This document shows positions 1 through 9,789 of a DNA stretch of 64,000 nucleotides, one piece after another; positions within the stretch are counted from its first letter, which is position 1, and every line of letters begins with the position of its first letter. This DNA is from an uncultured Candidatus Poseidoniales archaeon. GTDB lineage: Archaea > Thermoplasmatota > Poseidoniia > Poseidoniales > Thalassarchaeaceae. The notes below the pieces were generated by a model. It saw nothing but the letters and a program-made list of their open reading frames with translations, made no database searches and had not been told where the DNA came from. Location of the stretch: NCBI GenBank assembly GCA_902573015.1, contig CACGIE010000001.1, positions 8,528-72,527 on the forward strand. Reading direction: 5' to 3'. Both the position numbers and the translations under genes were made by a program.

Positions 1-1018
1 CCACGTTATCACGCTCAATCCATTCAGAGATTGACATTTCTGTAATCACTACTGATCCAGGCATTAAAGATGGGACTGTAGATTCGGCCAGAATCGTTCT
101 CTCTGAAGATGATATCAGTCGCAATGTGCCAGATTGAGTATTATGATCATCAACATTTGTAAGTGTAATTGTAACAAAAACTCGACTTCCGGGAGAGGGT
201 TTTTCTGGGTTGAAAATAGCTTCCAATTTGATAGAGGATGAATCGACATAGGGAGCAGCAACAGATTCTGTTGTAATGTTCTGAGAAAAGATAGATGACG
301 TCCATTGTACCGGAATTGCCTGAATCGTAATCTCTGTAGTTTCTGGATTTCCTAAAGAGAAATCTATCACTCTGCGTCCAGGGTTTGCATCAATGAGGAT
401 TTCCTGTAAATTCTCAGTTCTTCCGGCTACTTCAGAAGATACTGCTAGTAGAATTGGTCGGGACTTTCCCTCGGATAGGAAAACGGAGACGTCAATTTCA
501 AGCCCTTCAGATGCAGACCAGAAAATTGAGTCTGTAGTTATATTGAGAATCTGACTATTTGAAACCTCAATAGACAGGTTTCCCCCCAAGTCAGTGTCCC
601 CTGTTTGACCTAGGACCGAGAGTTGCCAGTTGAATTCATTAGTACCTGGAAGCTCCAGGATGAAGCTGGTAGAAACCTCTCTGGTTGAGCCGGGGGAAAT
701 CGAGATATATTCTCCCTGAAATATTTGTTCGCTATCGGAATGTGTGATTTGGATAGATACCGAACCGCTGGAGTTGCCTTTGTTAGTTACTATCAATGAG
801 GCAGTGAGTGTATCTCCGACATAGGCTGGCTCGCCGGAGATTACTAGACCTGACCCACCTGAAGAAGTGAAATTAGTTGAGTTACTAGGAGAATCAGACT
901 TCATTTCTGAGGTTTTGTCATCAAGAATATCTGGTTCAGAGGCACTCTGAACCATGAGAATTTGAAGAAGAATTACCATGACGGAAATGAGGATTTGATT
1001 CCTCAATGTCACTTTCAT
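1..1018 (-). CDS. secreted/cell-surface repeat protein; start codon in window, 3' end runs off the left edge (partial)
   Basis: Own translation of the minus strand from the ATG at 1016-1018 gives MKVTLRNQILISVMVILLQILMVQSASEP..., a signal-peptide-like N-terminus. The sampled stretches I translated stay open down to position 2. It is missing from the ORF track because it is open-ended, and no competing ORF >=60 aa is listed here. The S/T/G-rich beta-type sequence resembles the C-terminal domains of the S8 protease at 38419-43180. Confidence 0.55.
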   Translation of the reverse strand, partial: MKVTLRNQILISVMVILLQILMVQSASEPDILDDKTSEMKSDSPSNSTNFTSSGGSGLVISGEPAYVGDTLTASLIVTNKGNSSGSVSIQITHSDSEQIFQGEYISISPGSTREVSTSFILELPGTNEFNWQLSVLGQTGDTDLGGNLSIEVSNSQILNITTDSIFWSASEGLEIDVSVFLSEGKSRPILLAVSSEVAGRTENLQEILIDANPGRRVIDFSLGNPETTEITIQAIPVQWTSSIFSQNITTESVAAPYVDSSSIKLEAIFNPEKPSPGSRVFVTITLTNVDDHNTQSGTLRLISSSERTILAESTVPSLMPGSVVITEMSISEWIERDNV

Positions 1019-1077
1019 GTATGATGGCTCGAATGGGCATCGTATGAATCAAACGCAGAAAAACACTCTGCATAGGG

Positions 1078-1085
1078 CTATAATA
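1078..1085 (+). promoter_or_regulatory. TATA-box-like element (CTATAATA) about 30 nt upstream of the ATG at 1112; implies a leaderless or near-leaderless mRNA
   Basis: AT-rich octamer in an otherwise mixed intergenic region, at the spacing typical of archaeal TATA-to-start distance. Confidence 0.3.
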
Positions 1086-1111
1086 GGGGCATTTGCTCGA
1101 TTCGAACAGAA

Positions 1112-1939
1112 ATGGACACTAGTGAACTGATGAGGGTGGCTCCGGATGAGCTTGCATCTGCCCTTCTAAACAGGAGAATGTTGCTCAAGGATAGCCTACC
1201 CGGAGTAATTAGGAATCTTGAGGCTGAAGAAGATACCCTATCCCCAAGGCTTGATAGGATGAAGAAATCCTTCGATGAAGCCAATGACAAGGTTGCCAAA
1301 TTCAAGGCCGAGAGGGATCACTTTCAGACCAGCGCTGGCATTCTAATTCCGGATGTGAAACGGATCAGGAAAAAACTGAATGAGTCTGGGGGAATGATCA
1401 GTCTTGATCCTAAATGGAAGAAGATGATGTTGCTGGAACAAATTGAAGAAATTGAGAACAAGATCCAGACATCAGCTTTAGACCATAAGTCCGAAAGGAA
1501 ACTACTAGAGAAAAGAAGATCGTTAATTTCCGAAAATGACAAATGGGTTAGAGACAGGAAGGACTCGAACCCGGAAATGGCGGAGTATCTGGAAAAGAAT
1601 AGAGAGATGTCTAAATTATTCAAGAAGGCGGATAAGGCACATTCTCAGATGATAGGTGCCGTTTCCAAAGCACAACCACTCTATGAGAAGTTAACTAGTG
1701 CCTCAGCAGAGATTAGAGAAATCAAGAGTCAATTGGACCGTGCTAAGGAGTTGCTTGCCCAGAGCGATAAAGCAATAGAATATTGGGAGAAGAGGATAGA
1801 AAATGGATTTGGAGATTTGGGACCAGGTTTCAGAGACCTCCTAAAGGGGCAAAAAAACGTTGATGCGGGGGGCAGTTCTTCTTTCGCCAAACGTTCTAGT
1901 AAATCGAAAGAAACGAAATCTAGAGGTGAAGAGGAATGA
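1112..1939 (+). CDS. archaeal coiled-coil protein, paralogue 1 of 3 (COG1340-like, function unknown)
   Basis: 275-aa K/E/R-rich heptad-like sequence. Shares ...KAERDHF... and ...LEQIEEIENKIQTSALDHKSERKLL... type motifs with the next two ORFs. Basic S/K-rich tail. Stop overlaps the next start (ATGA). Confidence 0.7.
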   Translation: MDTSELMRVAPDELASALLNRRMLLKDSLPGVIRNLEAEEDTLSPRLDRMKKSFDEANDKVAKFKAERDHFQTSAGILIPDVKRIRKKLNESGGMISLDPKWKKMMLLEQIEEIENKIQTSALDHKSERKLLEKRRSLISENDKWVRDRKDSNPEMAEYLEKNREMSKLFKKADKAHSQMIGAVSKAQPLYEKLTSASAEIREIKSQLDRAKELLAQSDKAIEYWEKRIENGFGDLGPGFRDLLKGQKNVDAGGSSSFAKRSSKSKETKSRGEEE

Positions 1940-2895
1940 ATGAGTCTTCAAAGTTTTACCAGAGTGATTTCCATGACCTGTCTGCAGAAGAAATGGAGGC
2001 AATGATTGCTGAAAAGAAGAGTACTTTGAGATCATTGGATTCAGAGAAGAGGGATCTACAGACGGAAAGGAAAGAGCAAGTACAGATTGTAAAGGCGCTC
2101 AGATCTGCAGTAGTTGGAATAGAGCAATCTGGGACTGGGAGAAAGAAGCTGCTGGGAGAGTTTCATTCCATGAGAAAACAGGCCAAGATTCACAGAGAAA
2201 AAAGAGATGAAATCAACGTAAGAGTCCCTCCTCCTTCGAAAATTCTAGAGGAGTGGCTTGGCGAGACCTACCTCACATTGACGAAAATCGACAATGACCT
2301 GACCGCAGTACCAATGTTGAATCCAGAATTATCGGCATTTAGCAGATTCTTCGAGATCCAGTCTTCAATCAAAAAGAAGAGGGAAGCAGAAAAATCTCAT
2401 TCGAAATATATTTCTAAGTTAAGTGAGATGCGAAAGATCTCCACCAAACTGGATCAAAATAAGGAAGAGTTCGGCAAGGCAAAATCTGAATTAAAGGAAA
2501 ATGTCGAAATCGAAGTAGACAAAATCAGTAGGAAAGACATACGCAAGATTAGTAGAAGTATTTCCTCTATTGATGAGAGAATTGAGGCTATCAAGATCGA
2601 AACAAATAGCGAAAGAAGTGTGTTGAAGAATCTCCAGAAGTACGCGAGGCTGTCTGCAGTCAGAGGCTCCTCCAGCATAGATGATATTCGCGGAATCGCC
2701 GCAAAGGGAGGTTATCTTAGCTCTGAAGAGCTAGGCCTGATACTAGAGACTGGTGGTTTTTCGTCAATTAATGATTCAAAAGATCCACTTCAAGAAGCAC
2801 CAAAACAGAGTCGATTACGTAAAAAGAAGACCAGGAAACTTGGCGTTTCTAGAAGAGGGGGGAGGAAAGGAAAGTCTGCCAGTCGTAGGGACTAG
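1936..2895 (+). CDS. archaeal coiled-coil protein, paralogue 2 of 3 (COG1340-like)
   Basis: 319 aa. HREKRDEINVRV matches KDRRDELNVKVR of paralogue 3. KGGYLSSEELGLILE matches SGDTLSDEDMMLLQ of paralogue 3. Strongly basic C-terminal tail (RLRKKKTRKLGVSRRGGRKGKSASRRD). Confidence 0.7.
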   Translation: MNESSKFYQSDFHDLSAEEMEAMIAEKKSTLRSLDSEKRDLQTERKEQVQIVKALRSAVVGIEQSGTGRKKLLGEFHSMRKQAKIHREKRDEINVRVPPPSKILEEWLGETYLTLTKIDNDLTAVPMLNPELSAFSRFFEIQSSIKKKREAEKSHSKYISKLSEMRKISTKLDQNKEEFGKAKSELKENVEIEVDKISRKDIRKISRSISSIDERIEAIKIETNSERSVLKNLQKYARLSAVRGSSSIDDIRGIAAKGGYLSSEELGLILETGGFSSINDSKDPLQEAPKQSRLRKKKTRKLGVSRRGGRKGKSASRRD

Positions 2896-2920
2896 AAGCT
2901 AAATAATCGGTATGGCTTAA

Positions 2921-3817
2921 ATGGAACTCCAAATTCGAAGCACTAGAGGGTTTACTTTGGGGCTCGAACAGTCGAATATCTCATCTGTTTTCGAAAAGAG
3001 TTCGGAATTGGTCAGCAAGAAGTTGGCCGAATACAAAGATCGTCGCGATGAGTTGAACGTTAAAGTAAGGACTCAGCTGGATAAGAGGAACGAAATAAAT
3101 CTGCAGGTAAAGCAGTTAATCACCGAAGTTCAGAAGCAGAAGAGCCTGAGGAACGAGGCTAATAGTAAGGTTGCTGAATTGAGGAAAATAAGACTAGAGA
3201 GAACAAACGAATTGAAGGATATTAGGGCAAAACTAAGGAGTTCGGTTGAGAAGAACGGTAGCCAGTCTGGAAAGAAGAGGAGTGGCCCTAGTTCTCGGAG
3301 TATTAGAGAACAAATGAACAAGCTTGAGTGGCGCCACCAAACTGGACAAATTAGTCCGAGTAAGGAGAAGGATTTCTTTGCAAAGATGAAGAGGTTGCAG
3401 GCAGATTTCAAAAGGCTCAAGAAAGAAGAAGAGGATAGTAGTTCAAGCGTTTTGAGAGAGGTTAGACAGGCAGAAAAAAGGCAGCAGAAGGCTCATGATG
3501 CAGTCACTGATGCATCAGAGAAATCCGAAGAAGCCCATTCACTAATGATGGAGTTATCAAATGAAGTTGACAGATTGAGGGGCATGGCAAATTCTGAGCA
3601 CTTGGGCCTAACTTCAACCAAATCGAATGCTGATGAGTTGCATAACAAGTATATCATTTCACTAAGGTGCATTCATTCAATGCAGGACATTCTGAAGCTA
3701 TCTGGTTCCAAGAAGGAGTACGAAGAAGAGAGAGTGGAGGTCTCCGACTTAATGTCCAGACTAATGAGTGGTGACACTCTTTCGGATGAGGACATGATGC
3801 TACTTCAGAGAAACTAA
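2921..3817 (+). CDS. archaeal coiled-coil protein, paralogue 3 of 3 (COG1340-like)
   Basis: 298 aa, continuous coiled-coil-type composition. Has the RDELN motif, a central LEWRHQTGQISPSKEKDFF motif and a C-terminal G.TLSDEDMMLLQ motif, which I recall as typical of the uncharacterised archaeal coiled-coil family. Confidence 0.7.
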   Translation: MELQIRSTRGFTLGLEQSNISSVFEKSSELVSKKLAEYKDRRDELNVKVRTQLDKRNEINLQVKQLITEVQKQKSLRNEANSKVAELRKIRLERTNELKDIRAKLRSSVEKNGSQSGKKRSGPSSRSIREQMNKLEWRHQTGQISPSKEKDFFAKMKRLQADFKRLKKEEEDSSSSVLREVRQAEKRQQKAHDAVTDASEKSEEAHSLMMELSNEVDRLRGMANSEHLGLTSTKSNADELHNKYIISLRCIHSMQDILKLSGSKKEYEEERVEVSDLMSRLMSGDTLSDEDMMLLQRN

Positions 3818-4750
3818 GTCATACAGACGGCCGTTTCTTCCATGCAGGATTTTGTCTGCTTCGAGATTTATCAACCAGCCTGGGATGAATATTCTGTAGT
3901 GCTCGATCATTGCCATGTGTATATCCAAAACCCACTTTTCGAGTAGCATGCTCCTAACAGTGCCAGAGATGCTCACCTCACCAGAGTCTCCCCTTCTCCT
4001 CTCGTTCACTATTTTGGAAATCTCCATTTTTAGCTTATCTACGCTAAGCCAATTCCCATTGGGGGGTTCTATTGACCTAATCTTCGGAGATCTTTGCATA
4101 CTTTCTGATTCACCAATGATGCTGAGCCTCTGAGACCATGGATCCTCCAGTATTGTCCATTCACCCTTTTCACTACTGCCACTAGGTCCATGCAAATCTC
4201 CTGAAACTCTCCAGATTAGAGCCTCTAGCAATATTGGTGATGATGAAAATCCCTCAATTCCTCGACTCGCAGTCCAAGAGTCTATGTCAATCTTCGAACT
4301 GAGAACTTGCATCTCCCCCTCATTGGAATAAGTGGAAACGTCATTAGATTCTACGTCATCTGAGTCTTCCAGAACAGCCGAGGCGACAAGCTCTCCAGAA
4401 AGAACCGCGCTTCCGATCCACTGCGAAATCTGTTTTGGGGAAACTATCTGAAATTTTGTTCCATCTAGGGAATCGCAATCAGAATGAGTTGCTCTCTCAC
4501 TAAGAATAAGGTGGAAACCATCTGGGGCATCCATCTCGAATCTGTCTAGCTCGCTTCTAGTAATAGGTAGAATTTCCTTAGGAGCATGCCAGATGAAGGT
4601 TCTTCGTGAATGAATGCCGAAGTCTGGTACTGCTGTGGCTAGGCCAATTGGTTTGAATGGAGACTCTGGAATCCCTATATCAAATGAGTCGAAGTCTACT
4701 GACCTGAGGCTAAGTAACTCTCGCAATACACCCTCCATAGCCCTAGGCAT
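3800..4750 (-). CDS. hypothetical protein (316 aa), last gene after rpl30e on the RNAP-operon strand
   Basis: Long ORF with no competing frame. No motif I can assign. It occupies the position where nusA-rps12-rps7 follow rpl30e in many archaea. Confidence 0.55.
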   Translation of the reverse strand: MPRAMEGVLRELLSLRSVDFDSFDIGIPESPFKPIGLATAVPDFGIHSRRTFIWHAPKEILPITRSELDRFEMDAPDGFHLILSERATHSDCDSLDGTKFQIVSPKQISQWIGSAVLSGELVASAVLEDSDDVESNDVSTYSNEGEMQVLSSKIDIDSWTASRGIEGFSSSPILLEALIWRVSGDLHGPSGSSEKGEWTILEDPWSQRLSIIGESESMQRSPKIRSIEPPNGNWLSVDKLKMEISKIVNERRRGDSGEVSISGTVRSMLLEKWVLDIHMAMIEHYRIFIPGWLINLEADKILHGRNGRLYDLVSLK

Positions 4751-4807
4751 ATGGCTGCGTCTTTCAATGGAACGCCATTATTCGGGGCCGAGACCCTGAT
4801 TTCTAAG

Positions 4808-5110
4808 TCAGACGTTTGGGGCTAGCTGCAGTAGATCGCTCTGTCCTGGATCGATTACGCACAGAGAACTGACAGGGAATGGCTTTCCACATGCAGCACC
4901 AAGCTGCCGGTTTACCATAGTAACCTGGTGAATTGGTACCGACGGATGCGAATTCCTCAAATCATCGATAAAAGACTCGGGACAATTAGAGGCAACCAGC
5001 ACTAACTTTGCACCTCCTTTGGTGCAGTGTGATACTGTCTGTCTTTGTCCAAAGACTAGTTCTCCTGAGTTAATTCCTTGCTTGAGTTGTCTTGCGATGT
5101 CCATCTTCAA
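4808..5110 (-). CDS. rpl30e: 50S ribosomal protein L30e
   Basis: 100 aa. GELVFGQRQT...GGAKLVLVASNCPE...GKPFPVSSLCVIDPGQSDLL matches the L30e/L7Ae-fold consensus. Conserved position directly after rpoA2. Confidence 0.85.
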   Translation of the reverse strand: MKMDIARQLKQGINSGELVFGQRQTVSHCTKGGAKLVLVASNCPESFIDDLRNSHPSVPIHQVTMVNRQLGAACGKPFPVSSLCVIDPGQSDLLQLAPNV

Positions 5111-5113
5111 ACC

Positions 5114-6694
5114 TCAGTTATTTTCATCGGGGATATAGAATAGTTCGACGCTGCCCGTTCCTAGCGCAACTGGTTGGCCTACGATGATGTTCTCTGTTAC
5201 TCCGGATAGGTTGTCTCTTTCTCCAATTACTCCAGCCTTCAGCAGATGTGTAACCGTGACCTCGAAAGCCGAACGTGCAAGGATGGAGTGCTTTGTCCCG
5301 CTTACACCATGACGACCAATTGCTCTAACCTCTCCACCGGTAGTCATCACATCTGAGACCATGATCAGGTGCCTCACGTCTACATCGAGACCTGCACCCT
5401 CGAGTGTATCCCACATTTCGTTAATTATCGCTTGTCTGGCGGCCTCTATACCAAGATAGTCATGTATCTCATTGATATTGTTCGTGTAAGTCCTTGATCG
5501 GTCCACTCCGTCGAACTCACTTACCTTTGATAGGTTTGAGCCGATTGTTGAGATGTAATATTCGCCTGTTTCGGACATTGGGCCCTGAACTGTAGCTCTG
5601 CTAATTCCTGGGAGACCCTTCAATCGTAGTTTCTTGATCTTGTCCTCGAGTTGCAGAAGAGCGGTGTAAGTAGGAGGGTCTGATGTAAGGGATGCAAGAT
5701 CTTCTTCCTTTGACACGCCTGGAATGATCCTTAGAGACTTTGGGCGGTCATCGTCATCGGCCTGCACATACAGTCTTAGAGCGCGTGAGAGCTTGTCTCT
5801 GACTTCTGCGCCAGTCATTTTCTTCAGCTTCATGTTTTTATTGTTTAGCTGTAGTAGTATGTTCCTCTGAGCGACATCGACGTCAATAGTTGCGATATCT
5901 ATAGCGGTGGTGGTCTCAATGGATGCTGCTAAGTCTCTAACCAACTTCTCATTAGTCCTCAGTGGCTTTCCCTTAGAATTCTTCTCGTCCATGTAAATTA
6001 TCATGGTTGGAGTTTGTGGTACCTTCCTAGCATCGACAATCTCGATTATCCTAGGTAGACCCTGGGTAACGTTTACTGTAGCCACACCTGCATAGTGGAA
6101 TGTACGCATCGTCATCTGAGTACCGGGTTCACCAATAGACTGGGCAGTGGTAATTCCTACTGCCTCGTGTGGAACGGCCTTTGCGTCATTGTAGAAGGTG
6201 CTTGCCGAATTGATTATTTTCTTGGCCTTGGCGGCTGTTACCTTCTTCTCCCCTCTGCTATGCAGCCCTTGGACAAGTTGGTCTATCATCCTTGGAGTCA
6301 AGTTTGAGTCGCTTTCCTCGGCTGCTTTGTTCAGCTGAATGAACATCTCATCTTCGATATCGACATCACGGAAGAGTTGCTTCATCTTGATTTCATAGTC
6401 GTAGTCCTGCAAAGGTAGTGAACGCTTCGTCCTCCTAGCTCTGGACACTGTTCTTCTGCGAACAATGGTCTTCTCGGTACTAGCTGCAGAAGCTCTGCTG
6501 GACTTTACTGAGCTGGCCATGACATCGTAGATTCTCTGAGAAGTTCCAGAGTCGATTCCACATATCTGGGCAATCTGACCTGGAGAGAGGCCCTTTACAT
6601 CGTCCCATTTGCGGTCATCAGCTAACTTGTGGGCATATTCCTCTTCGATTCCCAGATCCATCAGCTTCTTCTTAGTTGCACTCTTGACTACCAT
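5114..6694 (-). CDS. rpoA2: DNA-directed RNA polymerase subunit A'' with an N-terminal extension of about 130 aa
   Basis: [20 protein letters not shown] plus the C-terminal conserved blocks ([32 protein letters not shown]). 526 aa versus about 390 aa typical. Start overlaps the rpoA1 stop. Confidence 0.95.
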   Translation of the reverse strand: MVVKSATKKKLMDLGIEEEYAHKLADDRKWDDVKGLSPGQIAQICGIDSGTSQRIYDVMASSVKSSRASAASTEKTIVRRRTVSRARRTKRSLPLQDYDYEIKMKQLFRDVDIEDEMFIQLNKAAEESDSNLTPRMIDQLVQGLHSRGEKKVTAAKAKKIINSASTFYNDAKAVPHEAVGITTAQSIGEPGTQMTMRTFHYAGVATVNVTQGLPRIIEIVDARKVPQTPTMIIYMDEKNSKGKPLRTNEKLVRDLAASIETTTAIDIATIDVDVAQRNILLQLNNKNMKLKKMTGAEVRDKLSRALRLYVQADDDDRPKSLRIIPGVSKEEDLASLTSDPPTYTALLQLEDKIKKLRLKGLPGISRATVQGPMSETGEYYISTIGSNLSKVSEFDGVDRSRTYTNNINEIHDYLGIEAARQAIINEMWDTLEGAGLDVDVRHLIMVSDVMTTGGEVRAIGRHGVSGTKHSILARSAFEVTVTHLLKAGVIGERDNLSGVTENIIVGQPVALGTGSVELFYIPDENN

Positions 6695-9600
6695 CAGTTA
6701 CCACCCCCAAGTGCATCGTTAAGCACCTGATCGACATCGAATGGACTTCCCTTTCTGCTTCTGGCAGGATCGGTCCCATCCTCTCCGTACTCGAATTGGA
6801 TAATGCGGTTTGCAGTATTTCTAACTGAGGCCTTTGTATCATTGGAAACCTTCAGATCGTCCATAGCATTGATCAGCCTTCTCTGCATGTAACCTGACTT
6901 ACTCGTTCTGACAGCCGTATCGACCAGTGATTCCCTACCGGAAACTGAAAGCATGAAGAATTCGGTTGGTTCGAGGCCTCTCTTGAAAGACGAAGAAACG
7001 AAACCCTTCTCCTTTGATCCCTTGACCTTCCTAGGGAAGTGGGAAAGGACTCTGTCTTGATATCCCCTCTCAAGACGCTTACCTCTAACTTTTGGCTGGC
7101 CAATGGACCCTGCCATCATTGCTAGATTGTCCATTGAACCTCTTGCTCCGGAGGTCGCCATAAGAACTGCTGAATTGTCATCTCCAAGTTGTGCCTTAGC
7201 GACGTTTCCAGTTTCCGCCTTTGCGGCGTCTAGGATTGTCAATATGTTCTCCTCGAGAGTCTCGTGTGGAGTTCTGCCTGGCCTTGCCTCGTACTTCCTT
7301 CCGTCCTTTCCGAACTTTTCTAGTTCGGAGTCAACACTAGCACTGGCCTCAGAGTTAATCCTCACTATCTCTTCCTTAGCCTCGGGAGGTAGGTCTTCGT
7401 CATCTATTCCAGTGGTGAATCCCATTGCTGTACAGATGGCGATTGTCATCTTTGTCATCTTATTGATGAAGTCTGCCCCCCTGTCTGTACCATGTGTCTG
7501 GACGACCGCATCTAGGAGCCGCCCATCCTCCGCTCCAATGCCTCTCTTGTCGATAGAACCAGAGACGTCTCCTTGTGATACCTTGACTTCTTCTCCAGCA
7601 CGATTCTTGAAGTTAAGAGTGAAGCCCCCCTTCACAAGAAGGCTGAAGACTTCGTTGCCCAACAGACCGGTCTGTCCGTTTCTCTCTACTGATGGAGGTA
7701 TTTCTCCCTCCCACCCAATAGAACTGAGGACATCCATTGCAACAGGCATTGGAAGGAAGGCCTCCCCGTTCGTCAAAAGGTAAGCACCCGTGATGTGATC
7801 GTGTATCCCGCCAATGACGCTGCCCCCATATCTAGGAGATATGATGTGCTCCTGGACCCTCATGAGGATTCTAGCCTCTGCCCTAGCTTCCTCACTCTGA
7901 ATTACGTGTAGGTTCATTTCGTCCCCATCAAAATCTGCATTGTAGGGCGTGCAGTCAGCAAGGTTGAATCTGAATGTCTTGCCTTCCATGACTCTTATTT
8001 CGTGAACTAGCATTGACATCCTGTGGAGTGATGGTTGTCTATTGAAAATGGTTACATCTCCGTCAATAAGGTGCCTTTCGACAACAACTCCTGGCCTTGG
8101 GTTTCCATCTCTATCGTACGTGCTTAATCGATCTTCTACTTCTGTAGGGTAGAGGTTTCCATGTTCATCCTCAATCTCTGGGCTTCCGCAGTGTGGGCAT
8201 CTCACCTCGAGGTGATCGGGAAGATAATCATCCGGATTCTCTACTTCCCACTTCCAGCGGTGATGTATTGCCGCATCTGGATCGTCTTCAGCAAGGGGGT
8301 TTCCATCTTCTCCCTCCCCTCTTAGGTTTGACAGAGTCCTATCCAAATCTACGCTCCACTCTGGAAGGAGCTCGTCTGTCATGGGGTCCCTCCGCATTTG
8401 CTCCTTCAAAACAAGACCTGGAAGGAAGTTTGGAGCCGGGAGGACCTCGTTCAAATCAGGCCTGTAACCCATGTACGGATCCTCTTCACTACCACAATGG
8501 CAATCTGGATTTAGACATCTAAATCCTGCCCAGATATACTTCGTTCTATCGGTAATCCTAACTCTGAACCTATCTCCTCTAATGATATAGTTGACACCAG
8601 GATGGACATCTGGACCCCTCAGGATCATCTGTCTGAGTTGTTCTCTGTTTCTACTAGTAGCCCTGATAGGTACAGTCAGCTCCTTGGCCGTCTTCACTGG
8701 GACTCCGACTTCGTTGATTCCGAGGTTCGGATCTGGGCTGATAACTGTTCTAGCACAGAAGTTAACTCTCTTTCCGGACAGATTACTCCTGAAGCGACCC
8801 TCCTTCCCCTTTAGCCTCTGAGATAAGGTCTTTAGTGGCCTTCCGGATCTGTGTCGAGCTGGTGGGATTCCACTGGTCTGATTATCGAAGTATGTGGTAC
8901 AATGATACTGCAGCAGTTCCCAGAGATCTTCAACTATCAGTTGTGGGGCTCCTGAATCACGATTTTCCCTGAGTCTCTGGTTAATCCTTAGAACGTCGAC
9001 TAACTTGTGTGTGAGGTCATCCTCAGATCTATCTCCACTTTCAAGAGTGATAGATGGCCTAACAGTAATTGGAGGAACTGGTAGTACCTTCATTATTGTC
9101 CATTCTGGTCTACTGACGTCTTTCTCCATTCCGAGGAATATTAGGTGCTCATCGGGTATCTTTTCGAGCCATTCTCGAATATCTCGAGCGTTCAGTTTGT
9201 GCTCTCCCTTGTCTGCCTTCTTTTCTTTGAAGGTTGTGGGCTTATCCAGAATTATCTTGCCTTGTTCCGAGCCGCAATGCATGCATATTGCACGCTTCGG
9301 ACCAGCACAAATATTCTCAATATCCTTGATGATTTTCTTGAATTCCCTACCACCAACTCCGTGCTTTAGGATTATGTCGTTCACTCTGTCTCTATAGTAG
9401 TCCTGCTCAGACTTCTCTGGATCGGTGGGATGCGTTTGCGGGGCATCGTGCAGCAAGGCCTTACTGCACGAATTGCAGGTTGTCTTCAAGCAAGTCTTGA
9501 TTAGCCCGGTGAATCCTATATGCATCACAGGTAGCTCTAGGGCTATGTGGCCGAAGTGACTTGGGCACTCTTCGTGCTTGTTCCCGCAGGTTTCACACCT

Positions 9601-9789
9601 GATTCCGGGATCGATTACTCCCATCTTCGGGTCCATGAGTCCTTGTTTGAATGCGTGACCATCGTCCTTGTAGGTGTCTGCTGTCTTTACTTCTACAGAT
9701 GACATCTTCCTTATCTCGTTTGGATCCATCAGTGTGAATCTAATCGAGTCTATTCTCTTGGGTATCTTTGCTGCATCTCGAGCACTCAT
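6694..9789 (-). CDS. rpoA1: DNA-directed RNA polymerase subunit A' with an internal Cys-rich insertion of about 145 aa
   Basis: N-terminal zinc motifs, [30 protein letters not shown] and the catalytic [12 protein letters not shown]. 1031 aa versus about 880 typical. Confidence 0.97.
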   Translation of the reverse strand: MSARDAAKIPKRIDSIRFTLMDPNEIRKMSSVEVKTADTYKDDGHAFKQGLMDPKMGVIDPGIRCETCGNKHEECPSHFGHIALELPVMHIGFTGLIKTCLKTTCNSCSKALLHDAPQTHPTDPEKSEQDYYRDRVNDIILKHGVGGREFKKIIKDIENICAGPKRAICMHCGSEQGKIILDKPTTFKEKKADKGEHKLNARDIREWLEKIPDEHLIFLGMEKDVSRPEWTIMKVLPVPPITVRPSITLESGDRSEDDLTHKLVDVLRINQRLRENRDSGAPQLIVEDLWELLQYHCTTYFDNQTSGIPPARHRSGRPLKTLSQRLKGKEGRFRSNLSGKRVNFCARTVISPDPNLGINEVGVPVKTAKELTVPIRATSRNREQLRQMILRGPDVHPGVNYIIRGDRFRVRITDRTKYIWAGFRCLNPDCHCGSEEDPYMGYRPDLNEVLPAPNFLPGLVLKEQMRRDPMTDELLPEWSVDLDRTLSNLRGEGEDGNPLAEDDPDAAIHHRWKWEVENPDDYLPDHLEVRCPHCGSPEIEDEHGNLYPTEVEDRLSTYDRDGNPRPGVVVERHLIDGDVTIFNRQPSLHRMSMLVHEIRVMEGKTFRFNLADCTPYNADFDGDEMNLHVIQSEEARAEARILMRVQEHIISPRYGGSVIGGIHDHITGAYLLTNGEAFLPMPVAMDVLSSIGWEGEIPPSVERNGQTGLLGNEVFSLLVKGGFTLNFKNRAGEEVKVSQGDVSGSIDKRGIGAEDGRLLDAVVQTHGTDRGADFINKMTKMTIAICTAMGFTTGIDDEDLPPEAKEEIVRINSEASASVDSELEKFGKDGRKYEARPGRTPHETLEENILTILDAAKAETGNVAKAQLGDDNSAVLMATSGARGSMDNLAMMAGSIGQPKVRGKRLERGYQDRVLSHFPRKVKGSKEKGFVSSSFKRGLEPTEFFMLSVSGRESLVDTAVRTSKSGYMQRRLINAMDDLKVSNDTKASVRNTANRIIQFEYGEDGTDPARSRKGSPFDVDQVLNDALGGGN

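Noticed and set aside
7103-7783. 226-aa antisense ORF inside rpoA1, and similar long shadow ORFs (10189-10632, 15126-15713, 17458-18036, 26428-27198, 44359-44814, 45184-45705, 61833-62342)
   Set aside because: Each is fully embedded opposite a gene with unmistakable conserved motifs. The translations are S/P/L/R-rich with no motifs, as expected for antisense frames of coding DNA.
8092-8526. RpoA' insertion as a mini-intein
   Set aside because: It begins with Cys (CLNPD...), superficially like intein block A. However, it lacks a T..H block B and a terminal HN followed by Cys/Ser/Thr. The flanks do not reconstitute a contiguous extein junction at a nucleophile.
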